Below are positions 1 through 8,536 of a DNA stretch of 35,339 nt, piece after piece. Location of the stretch: sequence record SRR2962707_898; one strand, written 5' to 3'. Position 1 is the stretch's first letter. Each line of letters starts with the position of its first letter. Position numbers and translations under genes: made by a program. The notes beneath the pieces are model-generated. The model made no database searches, had not been told where the DNA came from, and was given only the letters and a program-made list of their open reading frames with translations.

Positions 1-1
1 A

Positions 2-1039
2 GCTGACCGTATGCTTGATATGGGCTTTATCCCAGACATCGAGCGCATTGTGTCACTCATTCCGTTTACACGCCAAACATTGTTCTTTTCTGCGACCATG
101 CCGCCAGAAATTCAAAAGCTTGCCGACAAGTTTTTGCAAGGCCCTGTGCGCATTGAAACAGCTAAGCCATCTACCACCGCGATCACCGTTGAACAGCGCT
201 TGATCCGTACCGGCGGAAAAGATTTTGAAAAACGCGCTACACTGCGCGATGCGCTTAAAAGCCAAGATAATATCAAAAATGCGATCGTCTTTTGTAACCG
301 CAAACGCGATGTAGCAACCGTATGGAAATCGTTAGAAAAACATGGTTTTTCTGTTGGCGCACTTCACGGCGATATGGACCAGCGTTCGCGCACGCTCATG
401 CTCCAAGGCTTCAAAGACAACGAAATCCAAATCCTTGTCGCTTCTGATGTGGCCGCTCGTGGCCTAGACATTCCAGACGTAAGCCACGTTTATAATTATG
501 ATGTGCCGATCCATGCGGAAGACTATGTGCACCGTATTGGCCGCACCGGTCGCGCGGGGCGCGAAGGCCAAGCGTTCACATTGGTTGAAAAGTCAGCAAC
601 AAAATATCTTGATGCGATTGAAAAACTCATTGAGAAAAACATCGAGTGGATTGAATTGGCTGAAGGCGTAGGCGCATCAATTGATGCCTCAGAAGCTGAG
701 CAGCCTGCACGTCCACAGCGCGGCAAAAGCCGCGGCCGCGGCAAAGGGCGCAATTCAGAAGAAACGCCGGCCCAAGAGGCTCCAATAGCCGCTGAGGCCG
801 TTAAAGAAGCGCCTAAAGCGCCTGCTGAAAAAGATCAGCGTAAAGAAAAGATCAAAGAGACCAATGCATCGCGCAAAACACAGCAAGATGCGCCAAAAGC
901 TGAAAACGAAAATAAACCTGCGCAGAAGGCAAAGCCATCACGCGGTGAAAAAGACAATCACAATAACAACCACGGCAAAAACAACGAGCCTGCTGGTTTC
1001 GGTGATGATATTCCAGCCTTTATGATGATTGGCCGCTAA
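2..1039 (+). CDS. DEAD-box ATP-dependent RNA helicase (RhlE-like), 5'-truncated by the window edge
   Basis: The frame from base 2 reads ADRMLDMGF, the end of motif II. It then has FSAT (III), LHGDMDQ, ASDVAARGLDI (V) and YVHRIGRTGRAG (VI), followed by a long K/E/A/P-rich tail. Confidence 0.95.
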   Translation, partial: ADRMLDMGFIPDIERIVSLIPFTRQTLFFSATMPPEIQKLADKFLQGPVRIETAKPSTTAITVEQRLIRTGGKDFEKRATLRDALKSQDNIKNAIVFCNRKRDVATVWKSLEKHGFSVGALHGDMDQRSRTLMLQGFKDNEIQILVASDVAARGLDIPDVSHVYNYDVPIHAEDYVHRIGRTGRAGREGQAFTLVEKSATKYLDAIEKLIEKNIEWIELAEGVGASIDASEAEQPARPQRGKSRGRGKGRNSEETPAQEAPIAAEAVKEAPKAPAEKDQRKEKIKETNASRKTQQDAPKAENENKPAQKAKPSRGEKDNHNNNHGKNNEPAGFGDDIPAFMMIGR

Positions 1040-1049
1040 GGGTCTCTTA

Positions 1050-1376
1050 TTATTTCTTTTTAGAGCGCAACGCTGCAGCAAAGGCGATATCGGCCCACGG
1101 GGCCATATCGTCATCACTCTCCATGGCCTCTTCAGGCACAGACCAATAAGGCATTTCAACAATTTTGCCTGTTTTATTGTGGGTGTAGGTCCAACGCGTG
1201 CATCCCGCGGCTTCATATTCGGCCGCACACTGATCATCGCCCTTGAGCATCAACTCATCGCGCAGCACGAGCGCAAAAATAATACCGCTAGAATAGATCG
1301 CTTTTCCGCCGAACATGCGTTTGAATGACAGCGGTTCTTTTGATGCAAATAAATCACGAAGCGCATCATCATCCAT
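1050..1376 (-). CDS. TfoX/Sxy N-terminal-domain family protein
   Basis: 108 aa with the KRMFGG.AIY and LMLKGD...MPYWSVP pattern typical of TfoX_N proteins. Confidence 0.85.
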   Translation of the reverse strand: MDDDALRDLFASKEPLSFKRMFGGKAIYSSGIIFALVLRDELMLKGDDQCAAEYEAAGCTRWTYTHNKTGKIVEMPYWSVPEEAMESDDDMAPWADIAFAAALRSKKK

Positions 1377-1411
1377 GCTTATTGTCTCGCTGGATATGCT
1401 CTAGGCAGCAA

Positions 1412-1795
1412 TTAAGCCTGCCCGCGCGCTTCGGCCAATTGTTTCAAGTCTGCAGGTTTTAGCTCGACAGACTCACCACAGCCACAGGCTGATTCTTGGT
1501 TCGGATTGTTAAACACAAAACCAGTGCGCAATTTGGTCACTTCGAAATCCATTTGCGTACCAAGAAGATAAAGCATTGCCGCTGGATCAATCCAAACGTC
1601 CGCGCCTGCATGAGCAATATGATCATCGCCCGCCTTTGGCTCGGTCACGAGATCAACCGTATATTCCATACCTGCGCAGCCGCCCTTTTTAATGCCAACG
1701 CGCACGCCCTTAGCGCCCTCGTCTGCGCGATTAGCAGTAATCTCTCGCACACGGGTCGCAGCTGCATCTGTCATCGTCATAATAGCAAAGGCCAT
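1412..1795 (-). CDS. sufA: A-type Fe-S carrier SufA (HesB/IscA family)
   Basis: GGCAGMEY and ACGCGES motifs. Start moved from 1822 to the ATG at 1795, which has a GGAG ribosome-binding site upstream. Confidence 0.93.
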   Translation of the reverse strand: MAFAIMTMTDAAATRVREITANRADEGAKGVRVGIKKGGCAGMEYTVDLVTEPKAGDDHIAHAGADVWIDPAAMLYLLGTQMDFEVTKLRTGFVFNNPNQESACGCGESVELKPADLKQLAEARGQA

Positions 1796-1832
1796 TTTGG
1801 GCTCCAAATTCAGGTAATCCAATTACCCTAAA

Positions 1833-1858
1833 TGTAAGTTCGATAGGTCGAACCTACA
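1833..1858 (-). other. 11-bp RNA stem-loop between sufT and sufA (weak terminator or stabilising hairpin)
   Basis: The mRNA reads UGUAGGUUCGA-CCUA-UCGAACUUACA, fully paired with one G-U, then UUU. Confidence 0.45.
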
Positions 1859-1872
1859 AGTGGGCAATAAAA

Positions 1873-2232
1873 TCAGTAAAGGCCGACGGCAATTTGAGCT
1901 TCTTCGCTCATACGGTCAGGTGTCCACGGAGGATCGAAGGTCATTTCGACTTCCACATCCATAACGCCCTCAACGCCGCGCACAGCGCCTTCTACCCAAC
2001 CGGGCATCTCTCCAGCAACCGGACAGCCAGGCGCCGTCAGCGTCATCTCAATCTTAACAAGACGGTCATCTTCAACATCGATGCGGTAAATGAGGCCAAG
2101 CTCGTAAATATCTGAAGGAATTTCCGGATCATATACCGTTTTGAGCGCGGCAATAATATCATCGGTCATACGGGCCAGTTCGTCGCGCGGTATCGCGCTT
2201 TCACTGACCTCAGTTGTTGTCTCTTCGCTCAT
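1873..2232 (-). CDS. sufT: SUF system Fe-S assembly protein SufT (DUF59/PaaD-like)
   Basis: DPEIP..IYELGLIY, MTLTAPGCPVA and FDPPW motifs; lies between sufS and sufA. Confidence 0.93.
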   Translation of the reverse strand: MSEETTTEVSESAIPRDELARMTDDIIAALKTVYDPEIPSDIYELGLIYRIDVEDDRLVKIEMTLTAPGCPVAGEMPGWVEGAVRGVEGVMDVEVEMTFDPPWTPDRMSEEAQIAVGLY

Positions 2233-2240
2233 GGTCTTTC

Positions 2241-3461
2241 CTATTCAAAAAAACTGCGGGCTTTTTCAAGCGCGACCACCAAAGCATCCACTTCGGCGCG
2301 TGTATTATACATACCAAATGATGCACGGCATGTAGAGGTAACATTAAAGCGTTGCAAGAGTGGCTGGGCGCAATGGGTTCCTGCGCGCACGGCAACGCCA
2401 GAACGGTCGATCACCATCGACACATCATGGGAATGAATGCCTGCCATCTCAAATGAAATAATCGCGCCTTTGTCCGGCGCATTGCCAATAATGCGCAGCG
2501 AATTAATATGCGCTAACTGTTCATTGGCATAGGTCAGCAAATCATGCTCATGCGCAGCTATCTGAGCCAGACCAATGCTCTCAATATAATCAAGCGCTGC
2601 GCCAAGACCGATCGCCTGCGCAATCGGCGGTGTGCCTGCCTCAAAACGATGGAAACCATGATTATAGGTCACCAATTCTTCGGTCACTTCAACAATCATA
2701 TCGCCGCCGCCCATAAAGGGCTGCATTTCGTCTAAAATATCTTTTTTGCCGTAAAGAACGCCAATACCCGACGGGCCGTAGGCTTTGTGGCCAGTAAAAA
2801 CATACCAGTCACAGCCCAAATCCTGCACATCAACAGGCATATGCACAGCACCCTGACTGCCATCAACCAGCACTTTAATGCCGCGTGCGTGGGCAAGTTC
2901 GCAGATCTGTTTAATCGGAACAACTGTACCAAGCACGTTTGACATATGCGTAATGGCAACCAGCTTGGTTTTATCGCTCAAGCGCTTTTCAAATTCGGCA
3001 ATGTCAAAAGCGCCGGCATCATCAACCGGTATCCATACCAGTTTAGCACCGTGGCGTTCCCGCAGAAAATGCCACGGAACAATGTTTGAGTGATGCTCCA
3101 TAATCGACAGGACAATTTCATCGCCCTCACCGATATTTTTAGCGCCATAGCCATAAGAAACCGTGTTGATCGCTTCTGTCGCGGACTTGGTAAAAACGAT
3201 CTCATCAATTGATGATGCATTTAAAAACTTGCGCACTTTTTCACGCGCCGCTTCATAGGCATCCGTTGTCGCATTCGACATATAATGCAGGCCGCGATGA
3301 ACATTGGCATATTCATGGCTATAGACATAATCGACCGCATCGATCACTTGGCGTGGCTTTTGCGCGGATGCACCATTGTCTAGATAAACAAGTGGCTTGC
3401 CATAAACTTCCTGCGAAAGAATGGGAAAGTCAGCGCGGATTTTGTCTACATCATAAGTCAT
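2241..3461 (-). CDS. sufS: Cysteine desulfurase SufS (group II)
   Basis: YLDNGASAQKP, PLP lysine in FTGHK, and the group-II catalytic motif RAGTHCAQP. Confidence 0.96.
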   Translation of the reverse strand: MTYDVDKIRADFPILSQEVYGKPLVYLDNGASAQKPRQVIDAVDYVYSHEYANVHRGLHYMSNATTDAYEAAREKVRKFLNASSIDEIVFTKSATEAINTVSYGYGAKNIGEGDEIVLSIMEHHSNIVPWHFLRERHGAKLVWIPVDDAGAFDIAEFEKRLSDKTKLVAITHMSNVLGTVVPIKQICELAHARGIKVLVDGSQGAVHMPVDVQDLGCDWYVFTGHKAYGPSGIGVLYGKKDILDEMQPFMGGGDMIVEVTEELVTYNHGFHRFEAGTPPIAQAIGLGAALDYIESIGLAQIAAHEHDLLTYANEQLAHINSLRIIGNAPDKGAIISFEMAGIHSHDVSMVIDRSGVAVRAGTHCAQPLLQRFNVTSTCRASFGMYNTRAEVDALVVALEKARSFFE

Positions 3462-3462
3462 A

Positions 3463-4644
3463 TCAGCCGTTCGCTTCTAACCATTTTGCAATACGCGCTT
3501 CCAGCGCTTCAACGAGTGCCTCATCGCCCAATTCTTCAACAACTTCGTCAACGAATGCCTCAACAAGCAGCGCCTGCGCCGGACGCGTTGGAATACCGCG
3601 TGCCATCAAATAGAACAGATGATCGGCATCAAGCTCGGTCACGGTTGCACCATGCGCACAAATCACATCATCGGCGAAAATCTCAAGTTCTGGTTTTGCA
3701 GAAAAGCTCGCATCATCAGAAAGCAGCAGCGTGTTACAAGCCATCCGCGCATCCGTTTTCTGCGCGATTTGATGCACACTGATTTGACCTTGGAAAACGC
3801 CCTTGCCTTTTGCTGTGGCAATATTGCGGAACAATTGATTGGAATTGGTGTTCGGCACGCCGTGCTGCAAAACAGTTGTCACATCGATATGGCTGTCGCC
3901 GCCAATCAAATTCACGCCCTTAATATCAAGGTTTGAATTTTCGCCTTTAACATCAACCACAACTTCGCGGCGGATCAATTTTCCGCCTGCATTGAAGACA
4001 ACAATATTCAGCTCAGCTGCTTTGCCCAAAGAAACGCGAAGCTGCCCGAGCTGCGTCGCTTCTGCGCCCTTTTCGCAAATCATCACGAATGTTGCTTTTG
4101 CTGAAGCGCCAAGCGTTAGCAATGTTACATCCGAGCAAAAGCCCGCTTCGCCAGCAAGTTCTTGAATAATTGTCGCAGAAGCATTGTCACCCAATGTGAT
4201 TGAATGACGCTCATGGGCTGCGCGCTGCGCAAGCATCAGCGGCGTATCAATGACAACACCTGCCGCTATATCGACAACCGCGCCATTGGCAGCAAAGGCT
4301 GCATTGATTTGGCCAATCGCATCATCGCTAGCAAGTCCGTCAAGCGCTGTCGCCTGATAAGCCCAGCCTGACAAGACGGCGCCTTCAACACTGCTATAGA
4401 TATCCACTGCGCTGTCGATAAATGGCGCGATAGCAGGCGCGTTAAAATCGCCCGTGTCCGCGCGCTGAACGAGACCGCGCAAATCCGTATAATGCCAGCT
4501 TTCAACGCGGCGTGTCGGCAGACCGTTTTTGCGCAACTGGTCCATCGCGGCCTTTGCGCCAGCGCTGCCATTGCCCGCCGCTTCAAAGGCTGCAAAAAGC
4601 GATTCTTCGCCAACCGTATGGGTGATTGGAGCCTGAATGTTCAT
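3463..4644 (-). CDS. sufD: Fe-S cluster assembly protein SufD
   Basis: LPTRRVESWHYTD, AQKTDA, KPELEIFADDVICAHGAT and LFYLMARGI motifs. Confidence 0.95.
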   Translation of the reverse strand: MNIQAPITHTVGEESLFAAFEAAGNGSAGAKAAMDQLRKNGLPTRRVESWHYTDLRGLVQRADTGDFNAPAIAPFIDSAVDIYSSVEGAVLSGWAYQATALDGLASDDAIGQINAAFAANGAVVDIAAGVVIDTPLMLAQRAAHERHSITLGDNASATIIQELAGEAGFCSDVTLLTLGASAKATFVMICEKGAEATQLGQLRVSLGKAAELNIVVFNAGGKLIRREVVVDVKGENSNLDIKGVNLIGGDSHIDVTTVLQHGVPNTNSNQLFRNIATAKGKGVFQGQISVHQIAQKTDARMACNTLLLSDDASFSAKPELEIFADDVICAHGATVTELDADHLFYLMARGIPTRPAQALLVEAFVDEVVEELGDEALVEALEARIAKWLEANG

Positions 4645-4666
4645 GGTTTTAGTCCTATGATTTCAG

Positions 4667-5431
4667 TTAAGCCGCCGCTGCAGCAAGAATGTCGACATAG
4701 CCATTGGCTTCCAGCTCTTTGGCAAGGTCTTTATCACCTGTCTTGACGATTTGACCTTTTGACAAAACATGCACGCTGTCCGGCACGATATAATCAAGCA
4801 AACGCTGATAGTGCGTAATGACGATGGTTGCGCGATCTGGCGAACGAAGTGAATTAACACCGTCTGACACGATTTTAAGCGCATCGATATCAAGGCCTGA
4901 ATCGGTCTCATCAAGCACGCAAAGATGCGGCGCAAGCAGTTTCATCTGCAAAATTTCAGCGCGTTTTTTCTCGCCGCCGGAAAAACCAACATTGAGCGGG
5001 CGTTTCAGCATATCCATAGAAATCTGCAGGTCAGCCGCCGCCGCTTTAACAAGTTTGATAAAGTCTGGCGTTTTTAGCTCTTCTTCGCCGCGTGCTTTGC
5101 GCTGCTCATTCATCGCCACTTTCAAAAATTGCATTGTAGCAACGCCTGGAATTTCCATCGGATACTGGAATGCAAGGAAAATACCAGCCGCTGAGCGTTC
5201 CGCTGGGTCCATCTCCAAAATGCTTTCGCCATTGAGCAAAATCTCGCCCGATGTGACCTCATAGTCAGAACGGCCCGCCAAAATGTAAGACAGCGTCGAT
5301 TTACCTGAACCGTTCGGGCCCATAATCGCGGCTACTTCGCCAGCTTTTACAGTTAGATTAAGGCCACGGATAATTTCAGTATCTGTGCCTGCGATTTTCG
5401 CATGAAGGTCTTTAATTTCTAACATAGTCAT
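4667..5431 (-). CDS. sufC: Fe-S cluster assembly ATPase SufC
   Basis: Walker A GPNGSGKST, signature FSGGEKKR, Walker B LDETDSGLDID, and ITHYQRLL. The true start may be the second ATG at 5425. Confidence 0.97.
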   Translation of the reverse strand: MTMLEIKDLHAKIAGTDTEIIRGLNLTVKAGEVAAIMGPNGSGKSTLSYILAGRSDYEVTSGEILLNGESILEMDPAERSAAGIFLAFQYPMEIPGVATMQFLKVAMNEQRKARGEEELKTPDFIKLVKAAAADLQISMDMLKRPLNVGFSGGEKKRAEILQMKLLAPHLCVLDETDSGLDIDALKIVSDGVNSLRSPDRATIVITHYQRLLDYIVPDSVHVLSKGQIVKTGDKDLAKELEANGYVDILAAAAA

Positions 5432-5480
5432 TTCCTAGTTTGGTGCGCGAGCATGCCCAGCGCAAATTATCTATTCAAAT

Positions 5481-5636
5481 TCAAAATAAGGCTCTGATGA
5501 ATGGCAATATCAAAACCGATATTGCACCAGTCGCTAATCCAATAATCACGCGAATCTTTTTGTTCGAAACACCGTCTAACGCGTAGACCAGTCCCCCGCA
5601 CACGATCGCATAATAAACCAGACCAACTGGATCCAT
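5481..5636 (-). CDS. Small (51 aa) two-helix membrane protein, absent from the ORF track
   Basis: Hand translation gives [51 protein letters not shown]. Its ATG overlaps the sufB stop (TGATG). Two hydrophobic segments are separated by a basic loop. Confidence 0.78.
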   Translation of the reverse strand: MDPVGLVYYAIVCGGLVYALDGVSNKKIRVIIGLATGAISVLILPFIRALF

Positions 5637-7105
5637 CAGCCCACACTCCCCTCAAGGGAAATGCCGATCAGCTTTTGCGCTTCAACAGCAAATTCCATTG
5701 GCAATTCCTGAATAACTTCTTTCACAAAGCCGTTCACAATCAGCGCAATCGCTTCCTCTTCAGGAATGCCGCGCTGCATACAGTAGAACAGCTGATCGTC
5801 AGAAATCTTCGACGTTGTAGCCTCGTGCTCAAACTGCGCCGTGGCATTGTTCGCCTCGATATAAGGCACTGTATGCGCCCCGCACTGATCACCGATAAGC
5901 AATGAGTCACACTGCGTAAAGTTACGCGCATTCGACGCTTTGCGATGGGCAGAAACGCGGCCACGATAGGTATTTTGCGAACGACCCGCCGAAATACCTT
6001 TTGAAATAATCCGGCTCTTCGTATTTTTGCCAAGATGGATCATTTTCGTGCCGCTATCGACCTGCTGAGCACCATTAGATACCGCAATCGAATAGAACTC
6101 GCCCTGCGAACCATCACCGCGCAAAATGCAGCTTGGATATTTCCACGTGATCGCAGAACCGGTTTCCACCTGTGTCCACGACACTTTAGAGCGATCACCA
6201 CGGCAGTCAGCGCGCTTGGTCACAAAGTTATAAATGCCGCCCTTGCCATTGGCATCGCCTGGATACCAGTTTTGCACCGTCGAATATTTAATCTCGGCAT
6301 CTTCCATCGCGACCAGCTCAACCACCGCCGCATGCAATTGGTTTTCATCGCGCTGCGGCGCTGTGCAGCCTTCGAGATAGGACACATAAGCGCCCTTCTC
6401 TGCCACGATCAATGTGCGTTCAAACTGACCTGTATTTTCCGCATTAATGCGGAAATAAGTCGAAAGCTCCATCGGGCAACGCACGCCTTCAGGCACATAA
6501 ACGAACGAACCATCTGTGAAGACCGCGCAATTCAGCGCTGAATAATAATTGTCTGACACCGGCACGACACTGGCCAAATATTTCTTCACCAGATCGGGAT
6601 ATTCGCGAATAGCTTCCGAAATCGACATGAAAATCACGCCCGCTTGCGACAGCTCTTTTTTGAACGTCGTCACAACAGACACCGAATCAAAAACCGCATC
6701 GACAGCCACACGGCGCTCTTGCACACCCGCAAGCAATTCCTGCTCAGCCAGTGGAATGCCTAGCTTCTCGTAGGTTTTCAAAATTTCAGGATCTACATCA
6801 TCCAGCGTTTTAGGGCCATTTTGGCCTTTTGGCGCTGCATAATAATAAATGCTATTGAAATCGATCTTCGGATAATTCACCCGAGCCCAATCTGGCTCTT
6901 CCATCGTCAACCAGCGCTTATAGGCGTCCAAGCGCCACTCAAGCATCCACTCTGGTTCTTCTTTTTTAGCCGAAATGAACCGAATAACCTCTTCGGACAG
7001 ACCTTTTGGGGCCATGTCCATTTCAAGCAATGTTTCAAAGCCATACTTATACTGGTCGACGTCAATTTTCGCGACCTGATCAATGGTTTCTTGAACCGCT
7101 GCCAT
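5636..7105 (-). CDS. sufB: Fe-S cluster assembly scaffold SufB
   Basis: [41 protein letters not shown] and EHEATTSKI motifs; GGGAG ribosome-binding site upstream. Confidence 0.97.
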   Translation of the reverse strand: MAAVQETIDQVAKIDVDQYKYGFETLLEMDMAPKGLSEEVIRFISAKKEEPEWMLEWRLDAYKRWLTMEEPDWARVNYPKIDFNSIYYYAAPKGQNGPKTLDDVDPEILKTYEKLGIPLAEQELLAGVQERRVAVDAVFDSVSVVTTFKKELSQAGVIFMSISEAIREYPDLVKKYLASVVPVSDNYYSALNCAVFTDGSFVYVPEGVRCPMELSTYFRINAENTGQFERTLIVAEKGAYVSYLEGCTAPQRDENQLHAAVVELVAMEDAEIKYSTVQNWYPGDANGKGGIYNFVTKRADCRGDRSKVSWTQVETGSAITWKYPSCILRGDGSQGEFYSIAVSNGAQQVDSGTKMIHLGKNTKSRIISKGISAGRSQNTYRGRVSAHRKASNARNFTQCDSLLIGDQCGAHTVPYIEANNATAQFEHEATTSKISDDQLFYCMQRGIPEEEAIALIVNGFVKEVIQELPMEFAVEAQKLIGISLEGSVG

Positions 7106-7191
7106 AAAAATACTCCCTTGGGAATTTCAATTAATTGGCGCCAAGCGCCATCACAAAACAATCTATGTGCCTTAGATAGAGCATAATCTAC

Positions 7192-7208
7192 TTTTGAAAA
7201 GTTCTAAA
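7192..7208. promoter_or_regulatory. Putative Irr-binding iron control element (ICE) upstream of sufB
   Basis: The minus strand reads TTTAGAA-CTT-TTCAAAA against the ICE consensus TTTAGAA-N3-TTCTAAA, a single mismatch. Confidence 0.65.
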
Positions 7209-7256
7209 GTGGAAAACTTGACCTTTTTTGTGATATTTTAAGGTCGTGAACAATTT

Positions 7257-8405
7257 TTAGCGCTTCAAACGCGCTAAAATGACCTGAAAAGCATCCAAAA
7301 ACGCATCAATCTCTGCTTTTGTCGTCGCTAAACCAAACGAAACGCGGATAGCGCCGTCTTCACTATCCACCCCCATCGCAGTCAAAACATGACTGCGACC
7401 AACTTTGCCGGACGAGCAGGCCGAGCCTGCAGAAACGGCAAAACCGGCTAAATCAAAGTTGATCTGCAATGTTTCGGCTTTTGCACCGAGCAAGCCAAAG
7501 AACACCGTATTGGGCAATCGCGGCGCATGGGCGCTGTAGATAACGATAGAGGGATCAAGCGCAGTCAGCGCTGCTTCCAAATAGCTGCGCATTTCAGTTA
7601 AGCGCTCATAGACTGGAAGATTCGCCAGCGCCTCGGCAGCAGCAGCGCCAAATCCGGCCAAATTTACCGGCGCTTCAGTGCCACCGCGATGGCCGCGTTC
7701 TTGTCCGCCGCCCTTAATCAATGGCATAGGCATCATCAGATCAGAGGCAGCCACAATGGCGCCTGCGCCTTTTGGTCCGCCAATTTTATGAGATGATAAG
7801 ATCAAATAATCGGCAAAACCCGTTGATATATCGATCGAAAGTCGTCCTGCGGCCTGCACGGCGTCCACCACTAACACGCCGCCAGCAGCCTTCACTCGTT
7901 TGCCAATCTCTGCAACCGGTTGAACGACGCCCGTCTCATTATTGGCATAATGAACCGCGACCAACGGCAAGCCGGTGGCTTTATCATGGGCGCTGAGCGC
8001 TGCATCCAATGCTTCCAAATCGAGCATACCATCACCGTCGACCGGCAGTTGCGTGACATTTTCAGATGCAAATTGACCGCCCGCCAATAAACAAGGGTGA
8101 TCTGCCGCGCAGACATAAAGATGGCCCATCTTTAGCGGCGAGCGCCCCATGGAATAATGCGGCGTGAGCAGCATTTGCGCCGCTTCCGTTGCACCAGAGG
8201 TAAAAATCACATGATCTGGCTTTGCGCCGACAAGCGCCGCCACATCGCGCCGCGCTTTAGCAACGATGGCTTTAGCCGCCCGTCCAGCACCATGCACTGA
8301 TGATGGATTGGCATCCACATCCATCGCCGCGATCATCGCCGCGCGCGCCTCGCCCAAAAGTGGCGCAGATGCGTTATAATCGAGATAAATTGATCTATGT
8401 GCCAA
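7257..8405 (-). CDS. Cysteine desulfurase, IscS/NifS-like (group I)
   Basis: YLDYNASAP, FTSGATEA, NNETG, SSHKIGGPKG and the group-I motif SAGSACSSG. TTG start. First gene of the suf cluster. Confidence 0.92.
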   Translation of the reverse strand: MAHRSIYLDYNASAPLLGEARAAMIAAMDVDANPSSVHGAGRAAKAIVAKARRDVAALVGAKPDHVIFTSGATEAAQMLLTPHYSMGRSPLKMGHLYVCAADHPCLLAGGQFASENVTQLPVDGDGMLDLEALDAALSAHDKATGLPLVAVHYANNETGVVQPVAEIGKRVKAAGGVLVVDAVQAAGRLSIDISTGFADYLILSSHKIGGPKGAGAIVAASDLMMPMPLIKGGGQERGHRGGTEAPVNLAGFGAAAAEALANLPVYERLTEMRSYLEAALTALDPSIVIYSAHAPRLPNTVFFGLLGAKAETLQINFDLAGFAVSAGSACSSGKVGRSHVLTAMGVDSEDGAIRVSFGLATTKAEIDAFLDAFQVILARLKR

Positions 8406-8536
8406 AGAAGATTGCGCTCCGTGTCGGATTTTCTTGTATTTTACAGTGCAAACACCCTATGAGTGCGTTTGAACATGCTGATACCTATTTGGATCAATCG
8501 GCGTCTACCATCAAGAACCGATTAAGTGGAGACTAC

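Noticed and set aside
955-985. AAC/AAT-rich stretch (DNHNNNHGKNN) as a contingency repeat
   Set aside because: It is short, imperfect, in-frame low complexity within a disordered tail.
5467-5655. 62-aa ORF from the track in the sufB-sufC gap
   Set aside because: It starts inside sufB and has an implausible W/C/R-rich composition. The alternative frame 5481-5636 has a coupled ATG and a coherent membrane-protein pattern.
7213-7240. Possible RirA IRO or IscR-type site (AAAACTTGACC...GTGATATTTT)
   Set aside because: There is no TGA-N9-TCA match and the dyad symmetry is poor. No IRO match was found in 8406-8536 either.
8300-8536. 79-aa N-terminal extension of the alpha/beta hydrolase
   Set aside because: It overlaps the divergent desulfurase gene and the promoter region. 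The family-typical start MPEVIFNGP with an RBS is at 8537.
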